A DNA stretch of 64,000 bases. It comes from Octopus vulgaris. Lineage: Eukaryota. The DNA lies in assembly GCA_951406725.2 (NCBI GenBank), contig OX597817.1, forward strand, positions 12,090,001 through 12,154,000, read 5' to 3'. Under the pieces are notes generated by a model that was not told where the DNA came from, ran no database searches, and saw nothing but the letters and a program-made list of their open reading frames with translations. Numbering within the stretch: position 1 is the first letter of the stretch; every line of letters begins with the position of its first letter. Positions 1 to 13,289 of the stretch are shown piece by piece. The translations under genes and the position numbers were made by a program.

Positions 1-236
1 AATGCTGAGTCGGGATATAATCTGTTCATAATTTAATAATACGAATTCAGAAACAAAGATTAAGGCAGGTTGAAGTAATCTAATGTTTGCGGGTCAGGTT
101 TTTAGTAATATGCAAGCTAGACTAGTAACATAGTAGCACAATGCACGGTATAACAACTGCAATAATTAACACAAGCATAACTTGCGTGACCCAGCAATTC
201 AGTAAATTAAGTAACAGGTATTTTTTTTTTACTTCA

Positions 237-640
237 TTACTCTTTTACTTGTTTCAGTCATTTGACTGTGGCCATGCTGGAGCACCGCCTTTAATCGAGC
301 AACTCGACCCCGGGACTTATTCTTTGTAAGCCCAGTACTTATTCTATCGGGCTCTTTTGCCGAACCGCTAAGTGACGGGGACATAATCACACCAGCATCG
401 GTTGTCAAGCAATGCTAGGGGGACAAACACAAACATACACGCACACACACACATATACATATATATACATATATATACGACGGGCTTCTTTCAGTTTCCG
501 TCTACCAAATCCACTCACAAGGCTTTGGTCGGCCCGAGGCTATAGTAGAAGACACTTGCCCAAGGTGCCACGCAGTGGGACTGAACCCGGTACCATGTGG
601 TTGGTAAACAAGCTACTTACTACACAGCCACTCCTGCGCC
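237..640 (-). mobile_element. tRNA-derived SINE family A (~410 bp)
   Basis: Head ggcgcaggagtggctgtg (A box) and gttcagtccc (B box); internal (TA)/(TG) tract; (taaaagag)n-type tail; ~19 copies in the window. Confidence 0.9.
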
Positions 641-1653
641 TAACTTGTATTTTTTTTTACTTCGTTACTTCATAATAGTTGTAAGAAGAAGCATGTGGGT
701 CTATCTGTAAACCAGAAACTGGAACTTAAAAGCAAATTAGGTGTTGGTGTTTCGATAACGACGGTTGCGTTGTCAGGGATAAGGCTCGTGATGCTCATTT
801 TCAGTCATTGGATCACTTCAATGTATAATGATATCTACTCAGTAGATAGACTAAACCATTTTGAATTACACCCTCAATCTGTCTAGGGCGGCTCTTATCT
901 CTTTTGTATTTACTGACTCTCGAGCCACCGACTTGTGTAATCCTGCCTGACCATATATTTACCCGATTATTTTCTATTTCTTTTTATTTCTAAATTCAGT
1001 TTTCTCTTGCTCATCACATCTATTCTCATAGCATCTAAGACACATCAACCACAGCATCAAAGACACATCAACCACGGAAACTCTGGTTGATAATGCTACT
1101 CAATTCAAATGCATTGTTTAACCTCGACCTCACTAGGATAGCCGAATGCGACGCGAAACAATGGCGAGTTGCACTTCAACAACCTACTCAGTAAAGTTTC
1201 TAATCCACTGTAGTTCCAATAAACTTTATATTAATGACTTAGTTTTCATTACTATTACTGTCAACAATTAAGAGTATTAGCTCACAGTTATCCTTTTCTT
1301 CAGTCTACAAATAACTAATATTTGTTCTCTTTCCCGTACCTTTTTGGAAAGAGTTCCCTCAAATTATTTTAAACTGAGATTTTCCTTGTTTCCATTATTT
1401 CTACTTGGCTTGACTAATGCAAATTCCTAATATTCTCTACTAATTCTATTTCAGAGGCATTTGTTGTTGTATGGTCTTGGTCTCCGCCACAAACATCGTT
1501 TTCAACTTTATGATCCTAAACTTAAAAAGGAGACCGAAACTAGCCATATAAATTGATTGCTGACACAACAAAATTAAATCTATTCTCATCTGTCAGTCTG
1601 ATTGTTAATTTAGAAAGTGAATGAACCTAGTCAGAAGCTTCAAATTGTATATA

Positions 1654-2914
1654 TTAGGCCATCCCATAAGTAATATCCAGACTTCAATATATTTTCAATT
1701 TTTAAACGTTTTAACTATATTTTAGAATGTCTAATGGCATCAGGTGATATTTATATGTTTTTGTATATATTTAAACTTATTAAATTTCATTTTGCAGGAT
1801 AATCTAATTGAAATTTCAATAAATATAGCTCTTCAAACACGGAAGTGTCTAAGGAGCATTCGGGGCACATAATGCTTTATGAGTTTAAAAAGAGGACTTT
1901 GTAGCTGAAGAGACTTGAAATATTGACTCAGCTTATGGAGGAGAATGCCTTAATGAAAGAACTTGCAGAAAATGGTTTGTAAATTTCAGAAGTGGAGATT
2001 TCAATCGTGAAGATAAGGTCCAAGCAGGACACCCAATTGAGTTTGATGACCAGCTCCTTTTGGCAGAACTTGAAAAAGATCATGCAATTTCAGTTGAAGA
2101 ACTGGTGAGCAAGCTTTGTTCATCGCCATCTTCAACAGCTTGAAAAGATCCTCAAACTCGGAAAATGGTTGCATCATGATTTGTCTGAAGCCAACAGCAA
2201 ATCCCGAGTGGACATCTGCTTTTCTCTTTGTTCTCATGAACTCATCTCACCCTTTTTGGACAGACTAGTGGCCGGTGATTAAAAAAATGGGTCTTTTTCC
2301 AAATAATAAGCGTCATAGACATTGGATTGAAGGGAAAACGACCTAACCACAACCGAAATGGGAACTCCATGCCAAGAAAGTTCTTCTCTCTGTTTGATAG
2401 GACTGCAAAGAGTCATCAACTTTCAGTTGCTACCAACTATGGCAACAATCAATGCTCAGATCTACTATCAGCAATTAAAGAGTTTGAATGTTGCTTTGAA
2501 GAAAAAATGCCTGCTTTAATGAATCGAAAGGGAGTGGTGTTTCATCAGAACAATGCAAGACCCCACACTGCAAAGATCACGTCACAGAAGATCGAGGAAC
2601 TTGGCTGGAAGAAAATCGCTCATCTGCCTTATTCCCCTAGACCTTGCTCTTTCAGATTACCATTTGTTCTGTAGCTTACAGAATAATTTGGATTGATTAA
2701 CTCTTGAGACAACTGAGGAAGTCGAAACTGACCTTTCAGAGTTCTCTTTGAAATCGAGTTTTTCATTAATGGTATTAAAAAGCTTACGAGTAGATGGAAA
2801 GATGTCATAGATAATCATGGAAACTCTATTGACGATTAAGTTTCATTAAAATGTAAGATTTAAGGTCTTGTTTTCTTTGTTTAAAATTCGGACATTACTT
2901 ATGGGATGACCTTA
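1654..2914 (+). mobile_element. Full-length decayed mariner transposon (1261 bp)
   Basis: Imperfect TIRs ttaggccatcccataagtaat / attacttatgggatgacctta with TA on both sides; frameshifted transposase at ~1840-2839 (HIMLYEFK, GVVFHQNNARPHT, HLPYSP, SDYHLF). Confidence 0.92.
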
Positions 2915-4968
2915 TATTTGAATCAATAATCAACTAATCTACATTTTCTTTCGTTTCACCCTCATATTTGATTTGAAAATAGATTAATATCGAGAATACA
3001 TTAATTGTCATGCTTCTCGGTTGTAAATTGTATTAACATCAATGCATAGAGCTGGACATCTGCTTTTAGAATCGTCTGCAATACTATTTCTACTCTTGTA
3101 AGGCAATAAACGTCTTCCGAAAAACACTGTTTCACCGAGTAAAAAGTTTATGAAAATGGCTTCATCTGAATTTTACCGCCAGATCTTCGTAGGAGTATAA
3201 ACAACCACTTGATGAAGGAATCAACTTATGTCCATCAGCTACTATTAACATTTTCCGCTACTGTTAAAATTTTAGATGGACCAGCAAAAAACCTGTCCTC
3301 TTATAAGGGAATTTCTAAATAATCAATTAAGGGATTTGATGACAAACATCCCGAATATATTAAGCTGAAACCATGATTTCGCTTCGATGTCGTTTGTATG
3401 TTTGGCACGATTGATATTTAGAAAACTCGAAGTACTAATTTTGATTGCCTTTATTGGGGACTTCGTTTTGCATACCAAACTACTCAGTATCTGGAGACAC
3501 GTAGCCCACATCCCCACATCCATGTATTTATATTTTTATAGAGTGATTTTGAATTTACCGTACTACTGAAACATTTTGATTTTGTACTATTTTGGCACAA
3601 GAGCTTCTCTACCCAGTACCTTTATATCGTTTTTTATTCCCAGCCCTTTTCACTAAGCATATGTTTAACTTCCAGTTTTTCGCGTTGGCATTAAGAGTTA
3701 AGATTTTCAGTAATAAAAATTTATCTTATTTCCGCTGTTTTTCTTTTCGTTTTTTTTTTTCTCTCTACTCCAAGCATGTGGAAAATTGTCGAAGCTCGGC
3801 AACAGAAGACAGGTGAAGTAATTCCAAGAACAGTTTTGATTCTGAGAAAGAACTGAATTCAATTCAGAGATATATATCTGATAGTGCTCCATTTTATAAC
3901 CCTTTTGGGTGAGAAAAATTTCAAGGTCATTCATAGAACACGTGCAGTATTTTGGTTGCTTGTTTACCAGAAATTTACGCGAGATGACGGGAGAGTAACT
4001 AATAGACCGCTACTGACATATTTTGGACGAACTAAATTTAGAACCAAAATGAAATGAATTTTCATTGTGAAATTAATTGTTGCTGAAAGTTTTTTCTGCA
4101 GCCGTAGATTTTCACTTGCCCGACTTCGTAAGAAATGACCACAGCAGTTTCAGTGGTATACATCCTGTCTAAGAAATACGCTAGATTTGGAAGTTCTCAC
4201 TTCATGACCTTGGCGTGTTTCCTCTAACATTTAGATGTAATCCACTAAAATTTTAATTTTCGATCATAACCGAGAAAAAAGAATAAAAAGACTTGCTCAG
4301 CATTCCGTCGGTTCATTTTTGTTTTTTCCTTTGGGTATTTTTTCTCGTGATATAGTTTTCATGGGAATTTATCAATTTTTGTTCTGTAGGAATTTAATCT
4401 CGCTATAATTATATAATTTGAAGTGAACTCGGTTTACTCAATAATTATAAATAATTTGATTAAAGATTTTAAGCACACTAATTTGGGTGGTTTTCAAACT
4501 TTAAAAAAATCATAATCGCATATTTTCAGTGACTCATATATGAAAATATATATGGTAACTTTCAAACTATACGAGGATATGAATGAAATTTTTTTTTCTT
4601 GATAAATTTTCTGGAGAGAATAATAAAAAAAAATGTACCACACCAGAATTCGATCTGTAATCTACGGTGAATTAAATACGGAATCAAGAGTTAGGGAAGT
4701 AAATATACCCAGACATCTAAGAAGTATTTACTACATTTTAAATGTTCTAATAAAGCACCAACCTGCAAATGAAAGGAAGCATGAGTTAGTAGCATAGGTA
4801 GAACCACAAACTAAATGACTAGGACTATTTACTCTCATTTTCTTAGATCAGTGGGGGATTATAGCTTGAAAGAATTTGACTTATATATCTAGCGAATTAG
4901 GGACCAAAAGGGAGTTGTCGAAGCCCTCTCGTTGGCTGGCATCCGCTCCGTTCCATCACTACGACATT

Positions 4969-5142
<174 letters not shown>

Positions 5143-5399
5143 TCGTTGATGGTAAAATGGACCGGAACAAAAACGTGTGCAAACTTATAACATTTTCTGG
5201 AGAGTTTCCTCCTACGAATTGTTGTCTGCTGTGTATGGGTTCCAAGTTTGTCATTCTCTAATCCAAATATGAGGACGACCACGTTCATAAAGCAAATTTC
5301 TATTCATGAGGGTACCAACAAAATATCTCGCTTTTAATTTCAAAAATAGCAATCGGGTTGTAAGATATTCAGGTCTCCAGCTACCCACCCCATTTTCCC

Positions 5400-5860
5400 C
5401 AACCTACCCTTGCACTCCTTTAAACACACCTGTAACCTACACGATCTACTGGTCCGTAGCACTTCCCTTCTTCTCTCCCAGCCCCATCCGGATCCTTCCC
5501 TTGCTCTAGATCCCGCTGCCACACCTGCCCTTTCATCACCAGCACCACTTCCCTCACTGGATTCGACGAGCACACCCTCTACATTAGAAACTCCTCCTGC
5601 ACCCCTTTAAGCTTTATTACTGCAATAAACTCTACGTTGGTCAGACGGCCTGCCGGATGGCCGACCGGTTCATCGAACATCTACCCGTCATTTCCGCTTG
5701 GCCAACCACTCCACCTCTAATATCTCCGTTTTTGGCGTCGCCCTACACCACGGATCCACAAGCTCCCAACTCCGCCTGGAACAGCGTTACATTATCAGTC
5801 TACAAACACAAAGTCCTTTCGGACTCAACACAACCCCATCTTTTTAACGACTATCTCTAC
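5400..5860 (+). mobile_element. Penelope-like element fragment (decayed GIY-YIG endonuclease)
   Basis: NLHDLLVRS and LYVGQTACRMADRFIEHL resemble PLE endonuclease motifs NLRDLLVRS and YIGETGRRLADRFAEHL. Confidence 0.7.
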
Positions 5861-6199
5861 CCACTCATTAAAAAAGCTACTTTTTTATTTTATTTTATCT
5901 TATTTTATCCTCTCTTATACCAACTTACTTTTTTACACTGTTACCTTTTATTCGATTTTTTATCGTGTTTTTAATCGGTTTTTTTTCTGTCGATTTTTAA
6001 AATTTTTTTAATTATATTAATTTTTATAATTGTATTAATTTCTATTTTATCCCTTTAATTATAATTCTTAAAGCTTTTTATTTTTTATTCTTTTTTTTTT
6101 ACCTTGTATTTTTTATTCATTTCAAATTTTTTCATCTTGTACCCTTCCTCCCTTTTTCCTTTTTATCGATCTTATTTTATTATATTTTAGTTTATTTCT

Positions 6200-6925
6200 G
6201 TAAACAGGCACACATACATACACACACGTACATATACACACACACGTACACATGCACGCACGCGCACGGACATGAACGCATATATACCTCACATATACCT
6301 CTCACAACATACATGCACGCACACAAACGCGCGCATACACACACGCACATACACACGCGCATACACACACACATTCACACGCATACATGCGCACGCACAC
6401 ACGCACGCACACAGGAACGCATGTATAGCTCCACACACACAACCCACGCTCATACACGCACGCACACGCATGCATACACGCACAACACGTGCATACATGT
6501 ACACACGCAACACATACATATATGCGCACACACACAAGCACGCGAATGCACACATACCTGACACACACAACGCCACGTACGCACACACATACACACACGC
6601 ACACTTACACGCACACACAACTAAACTCACATACACACACGCACACACACATGCGCGAGCGTACACACACGCACCAGGCACACACAACCCCATGTACACA
6701 CGCATATACACGCGCACATACACACACACACATATAACACACACGCACCCGTACATGAACGCACACACACCTCCCACACACACAGCACGCACTCATACAT
6801 ATACGCACACAATCACACATACATAGACATACACACGCACATATACGCACACACACACAGAGGACCGCACATATAACTCCACACACACAACCCCACGCAC
6901 ACACACATACACATGCACACACACT
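6200..6925. repeat. Degenerate (CA)-rich low-complexity tract
   Basis: Directly visible; source of the spurious HT/CV ORFs. Confidence 0.9.
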
Positions 6926-6962
6926 CTACCAACACACTCTCACTAATTTGTAATAATATTAT

Positions 6963-7540
6963 CTATATATATATATATATATACATAGTAAATAAAAAGA
7001 CGAAGAACAAACACAAGAAGAAACGCAACAACGTGAGAACATGGTACATGCAAAGTATTAGCAGACACTCAGGGAAAGAAAGAAAGAAAGGTGGTTTTAC
7101 GTTTCGAACAAAGTTCTTCTTCAGAAACAGGAGACAGAGGAAAGTGCAAGAGAAAATGAAGACGGGGGGAAAAAATTGCCAACGATTCACATGTGGTTAG
7201 ATTTTGAAATGATCGGAAGGGAATGGGTGAAGAAAAAGTTATTTCTAAGACAGGAGAGTGTAAGAGAAGGAAGTATGTGTGTGTGTGTGTGTGTGGGCAT
7301 GTACGTGCGCGCAAATCTGTGCGTGTGTGTGTGTGAGTGTGTGTGCATGTGTGTGTATGTGTGTGTTGTGTGTGTGGTGTTTGTGTGGTGTTGGGTCTTT
7401 ATATGTGTTTGCGTGAGTGAAATTTGTGTCTCTTAATGTTGTAGGAAGAATTCAGCAGCATGGAACAAGAGTGGTGGTTCTTTGTGTCGCTGTGTGTCTC
7501 TTCACATGTGCGTAGAGGAATGCTGACCGGCAGTTTAAAC
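6963..7540 (-). mobile_element. Penelope-derived non-autonomous repeat with hammerhead motif
   Basis: Clearly similar to 14490-14700; contains CTGAAGA...GAAACGTA; ends in (TA)n. Confidence 0.6.
7094..7128 (-). ncRNA. Minimal type I hammerhead ribozyme motif
   Basis: GTTT-CTGAAGA-A-GAAC-TTT-GTTC-GAAAC-GTA-AAAC: stem I GTTT/AAAC, stem II GAAC/GTTC, intact core. Confidence 0.75.
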
Positions 7541-7744
7541 TATGTGTGTGCCAGTGTATGTATGTGTTGTGCGTGAATGAATATGTTGTGCGTGTGTGTT
7601 TTGTGTGGTGTGCATGCGTCTCTGTGTATGCGTGTGTGAGTGTGTGCGTATGTGTATACGTGTGTGTATTCTAATTTTTCAATGAAGATATCTTAAAATT
7701 TTCAGGATTAAGTTGTATCCGTTAATAATAATAATAACAAGAAA

Positions 7745-7830
7745 AATAGCCTGAGGACGCACTGATGGACTTATGTATTAGGCATAGCCTGGTAAAACAA
7801 ACCACCAGGGCAGAAACACGTGTAGCGTTG
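7745..7830 (+). ncRNA. Type I hammerhead motif with partly degenerate stems
   Basis: CTGAGGA at 7751-7757; stem II gcactgatgg...ccaccagggc; GAAAC-acgt-GTA at 7813-7824. Confidence 0.6.
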
Positions 7831-8667
7831 ATTAAATTTATCTTCTTTCCCCACAGACTAATAACAGGTAAGGTTTATTTTTTGAATATGTTTAAATAAT
7901 TTTTAATTAATTCTATTGTATTTTTTTTTTATTGTACGTTATAGTAGGCTTTAAATGCTTATATTATTAGATTAGTATTTTGGATATAAGTTTCTATGTG
8001 TACTCCAGAAAATAAGGTTGTCCTGAAATTGAAGTTGCGGTCCTATTGGTAAAATCTCAAATTTGTAATAATATTATAATTGATACTGTTTGCTCTGCAT
8101 TAGTAAAGTGTAAAATAGTAAATATCCTGATAACCTGGAATAATTATTATTCCTTAAGTTTAAAAAAAATATTTTTAAGCTATATATATGTGGGGGGGGG
8201 GAAGCTAGTCTATTTCATTCGCAAAATCAGCCCCGCTTAATTTTGCTCAGATTGCTTTCATTTTTTGTGTATCGATACAACTCTGAATTTTGATTGTGAT
8301 CAACCAGTTACTTTATCTCGTAAATTAAAGAATCTGATGTTATTTGGAATTAAAGTTGGGAAATTTGGGTAATTTTAGCCAATCAAACGACAGCGTGGCA
8401 TTAGCAGCTTCTTGCCATGACAACAGGACGCTGTGTTGTGGTTCAATTCACTGTTGTCTGTAACGCACGCTGTTCTATGTTGATTTTTTTACAATTGATT
8501 CTTCACACCACGAGATTCTTTTCACCTGCGTGTTTTGTTTTAACTTTTCTGTGTTAGTATATTACGTATTTTCCACTGCTTCTGAGCGTTAGCATTTTTC
8601 TGTGCTCTTTCCGTATTTATTCTTATCGTAGTTTACAAATCCAAGCATGAAAACGTTACTCAACTTT

Positions 8668-8822
8668 GAGTGGCTGTGTGGTAAGTAGCTTGCTAACCAA
8701 CCACATGGTTCCGGGTTCAGTCCCACTGCGTGGCATCTTGGGCAAGTGTCTTCTATAATAGCCCCGGGCCGACCAATGCCTTGTGAATGGATTTGGTAGA
8801 CGGAAACTGAAAGAAGCCTGTC

Positions 8823-8886
<64 letters not shown>

Positions 8887-9092
8887 TTGTGTGTCTGTGT
8901 TTGTCCCCCTAGCATTGCTTGACAACCGATGCTGGTGTGTTTATGTCCCCGTCACTTAGCGGTTCGGCAAAAGAGACCGATAGAATAAGTACTGGGCTTA
9001 CAAAGAATAAGTCCCGGGGTCGATTTGCTCGACTAAAGGCGGTGCTCCAGCATGGCCACAGTCAAAATGACTGAAACAAGTAAAAAAAAAAG
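8668..9092 (+). mobile_element. SINE family A
   Basis: Family consensus, head slightly truncated. Confidence 0.9.
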
Positions 9093-9238
9093 ATACATGA
9101 CAGGTATCCATAATACTGAAATACGCACAAAGTAAGCACATCCAGACAAATGTATTAATATAAATTTTTTAAAGATTTTAAAAATATAATTAATGAATGA
9201 GAAAGACTAAATCCAGAAGATGTTGATTTTATTAGGTA

Positions 9239-9633
9239 CTAGCAGTATCGCCCGGCGTTGCTCGGGTTTGTAAGGGAAATAACTATATAAGCATTTTTAG
9301 AGAGTTATAGCCAAAAAATATCAAAAAATGCATTAAAAATGGGAAAAAAATGATGGTAATTTTTTTTAAATCGTTGAATCATCGTAGACATTTTTAGAGA
9401 GTTACTTCCCTTATATAATAGCGAAAAATATGCATTAAAAAGGAAAAAATGATGGTAAATTTTTTTTTAAATCGTAGATTCATCGTAGATGCGCGCTAAT
9501 ACCCAGAAGGGCTCGATATGAATCACGACTATAAGATACCCGGTTTTGGTTAAACTGCACCGCAAAATGTGGGAGTAGTTAGGAATCTAAATCGTAGGAG
9601 ACAGACACACAACTTGACTTTTATATATAAAGA
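9239..9633 (-). mobile_element. Non-autonomous Helitron, copy 1 (395 bp)
   Basis: A|TC...CTAG|T ends, subterminal hairpin cccg-agcaacgc-cggg, no TSD; near-identical to 44745-45139. Confidence 0.85.
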
Positions 9634-9946
9634 TTTCTGTTTATTTACAAGCCTACAATGAACAGGTCAGACGCTACATTTCACAAGGTACAACCTTAAA
9701 GTTGACACCACTCCGTTAAACGCAGAAAATTTCTGTCTCACTATTGACTAAAAATACCTAGTTTTTTTCGATGTTTAAACCTCTGTAACATTTTTCTCCA
9801 ATTTTTTTTTTATTGACAACATCATACCTTCAAAGCAATGAGACTGGAATGCTACAGTATTATAGCCGATTTTCAGATTTCTTACTGTCTTCTACAAAAA
9901 GCATATTTTGCGAATGAAAAAACTAGATCCTATATGTGTGTGTGTG

Positions 9947-10343
9947 TGATCATCTGTAGTGGATAGTCTGCCTGATCGCTCTTTATCAATAAGGCTACAA
10001 TCTCCAGCTCGGAACCTTACGAACCACTTCCGTACAGTTCTTTCGGATAAAGAAACATCACCGTAAACTGCGCATATTTCTTTGGTTGCTTGTGAGGCAT
10101 TTTTCCCTTTACGGAAAAAGAAAAGCATCAAGTGCCGAAAATGAACTTTCTTATCTTCCATTTTAAAGGGTTACAGAATTAACACAGGTTATAGGAACAT
10201 AAACCTTCTTTCACGAAAAGATAGCTTAAACTGTGCTCTAAATGGAGGTGTAGTCAAATCTTATTTTATGGACTCAACCATGTTCTAAAATAAGTCGAAA
10301 TGTAAGCTACTATAAATCGGCAAGAACTTTCCGGGCAACCCAA
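9947..10343 (-). mobile_element. 5' fragment of a second mariner family
   Basis: TIR ttgggttgcccggaaagttc flanked by TA; HTH region MEDKKVHFRHLMLFFFRKGKNASQATKEICAVYG...RKWFVRFRAGDCSLIDKERSGR truncated at a (CA)n tract. Confidence 0.88.
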
Positions 10344-11627
10344 TACTTTGTATTAATTCTATTTTCTTCAATTGGTTTTCCACGCTGGCCACTTGGTAAT
10401 TCTTATACAAATTTTGTCCTTATAATTTGTGTGTGTATGTGTATCCATAAATGTGTGTATATGTATATATATATTTTTTACCGTGTATATATGATGTTAA
10501 ATTTATTTTGTAATTAAAACTTGTAATTGTATCCGTCCATGCATTCTTTGCCCATAAGTTATGTACTGTACTTTCAATTGTTAAATGCGCATATTTATTT
10601 ATATATATGCTCAGATCTAAAAAATGCATCTTCTGTAGTTGGATACTTCTCACATATGTACAGAAGTACCCCAGTATGTAATTGTACATAAAATCATACA
10701 TAAGTATTTGATTATGACCTCCCCTATATACACATATAATCTTTGTTATTTAATTTTTTAATTTAACCTTTTTTATATATAGATATATTTTAGCCAGCTA
10801 GATTTATAACTATTTTCACAACTATTTTTATTTTGTCTTTTTTTATTCAAATGTTTAGGGTATAATCCTTAAAATCCTAAAAAATGTTTTAGCCCGAAGG
10901 CCACGGCCATGCTGGGGCACCACCACTGATATATTTAAATAATTTTCAAATATTATAATTTTTATATATTTTTCTATAATGTATATTTGATTTTTTTTAT
11001 AATATAATAATGTATGTTTATACCTATATCGCCACTATAAATTCAGGCATATATATAAAAATTATTTATGTACATATGTGTACATGGGTACACGTGTTCA
11101 GTGTATAAAAATGTCTCTTTGTTACTGTCGTCTATAGGGTGCACATATGCATTATCGTATGTTTCGGTATCTGATAACATTTTTGTCCATAATTGTCAGT
11201 GTATATATGTATATGTGTATATACGCAAGTATATACACAATAGTGTTGTTTTACTTGTACAAAAATCATGTTTTTTTATATATGCATATTCAATTGTATC
11301 GGTATTTACATGCCCAAACCTCTATATGTATAACTATATATATGACACAAGTAAAAAATATTTTTTGAGTAACTCTATCCATATACATATAATGCCAATA
11401 GTTTAAATTTTTCTATCTGCTAGTAGATATAAACTAGACCATTTTCCCCTTATTTATTACCTCCTCTACACTACTCGACTTTCGATATCTACTTTCTCTA
11501 AAATTATTCTCTAATCTTTTCGAAATATTTTTTCTATATACCATTCCATAGATGTTTATAGTTTTAGCAGCGAACATTTTAAGTAAAATACCCCCTAATC
11601 TTCATATATTTATTTATTATCCTTATA

Positions 11628-12030
11628 GGCGCAGGAGTGCCTGTGTGGTAAGTAGCTTGTTTACTAACCACATGGTTCCGGGTTCAGTCCCACTGCGTGG
11701 CATCTTGGGCAAGTGTATTCTACTATAGCCTCGGGCCGACCAAATCCTTGTGAGTGGATTTGGTAGACGGAAACTGAAAGAAGCCCATGGTATATATGTA
11801 TATGTGTGTGCGTGTATGTTTGTGTGTCTGTGTTTGTCCCCCTAGCATTGCTTGACAACCGATGCTGGTGTGTTTATGTCCCCGTCACTTAGCGGTTCGG
11901 CAAAAGAGACCGATAGAGTAAGTACTGGGCTTACAAAGAATAAGTCCCAGAGGCGATTTGCTTGACTAAAGGCGATGCTCCAGCACGGCCGCAGTCAAAT
12001 GACTGAAACAAGTAAAAGAGTAAAAGAGTA
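11628..12030 (+). mobile_element. SINE family A
   Basis: Full-length family consensus. Confidence 0.9.
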
Positions 12031-12551
12031 TAGGTTTTATACTTATCTTATATTGTCGTATTAACCGCCTATTAGTATCTAAGTTTTACTGCTTTAACAA
12101 TTTCCTGTAAATTATTTCCTTTTATATTTCTGGCATGTTATTTACATAAACATCCCATTATAAAGTTTATATTATATACCACTAACCATTTATGAGAACT
12201 CTTAAACATTTTTCTAATTTGTAAAAAAACAAAATGATTATTAACCGTCGAATATAAATTTCAATCTCCTGTATTTAAAAATTCCGTACTCCCTTATTTG
12301 GATTTTCAAACACATGCTTCTTACTTCTTATATGGAGTTTTAAACTAGCTCATTTACACTAATCTATAGAAATACGGTTACCCATATTTCTATGTTGTAT
12401 GTATCATCCCCAAACCGTTACTCGTTAGACGTGTTTTAAATAGACATGACTCCTATAACAATTGCACATTAGAAATTAGTAAGAACACAATATCCATATA
12501 TAATTGTTAAGTCCACCCTTTTCTTTATTAACCTCCTATTTTTCTTATTGT

Positions 12552-12629
12552 GCTACTAATGAGTACTCTTTGACAACACGGATTCTTAAAATGAATTTAT
12601 TGTCCTTCTGTACGAAACGATCGTCTAGC
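12552..12629 (+). ncRNA. Type I hammerhead motif with G5A core change
   Basis: gcta-CTAATGA-gtac...gtac-GAAAC-gatc-GTC-tagc; perfect stem I and stem II bases, palindromic stem III. Confidence 0.7.
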
Positions 12630-12819
12630 GAATTGAATAAATATGTTATCCCATATTAACCTCTAATTTCCTACATGTTTGAAAAATATGATTGAATTTG
12701 TCGAACTTCGTTCTATGGAACTTAAATCATATACTTAATATACTTACATAACTTTTTGTATCTACGCCATTTTACACCAGTAAATCCAAAGTAAAGTATG
12801 AAGAATCAACGTTAGAAAG

Positions 12820-12877
<58 letters not shown>

Positions 12878-13087
12878 GTATCACGCCCTCCTCGACTGAG
12901 TTGAGAGTTTTTCCTCGAATTTAATACACAATTAATTATAATTGTGAGTTCGTAAAACATAAGTATTTAAACTATGACAATTTCTCGTAGGTGACTTAAT
13001 ATAGAATGATTGTCGTCATTTCTTTCTTTTACCTGCTTGTTGCCTTTGAAAGAAAACAAATTCGTGGTGAAAATCGTTGCAACCTAA

Positions 13088-13122
<35 letters not shown>

Positions 13123-13184
13123 TGAACATGGAGTTGAACTAGGACAGCTCCTTGTGATTTTTACTCTTTTTCGTTGTTCATTAA

Positions 13185-13275
<91 letters not shown>

Positions 13276-13289
13276 ATGTGTAAAATAAA

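Noticed and set aside
412-675. Recurrent ORFs MLGGQTQT.../MSSNARGTNTD.../RRHLPKVPRSGTEPGTMWLV repeated many times in the ORF track
   Set aside because: Antisense translations of SINE family A, not a gene family
3560-4650. Possible DNA-transposon remnant with a short ORF at 3707-3934 (-)
   Set aside because: No TIR pair, TSD or transposase motif could be established
6192-6922. Long His/Thr-rich and Cys/Val-rich ORFs (up to 184 aa)
   Set aside because: Stop-free artefacts of the (CA)n low-complexity tract
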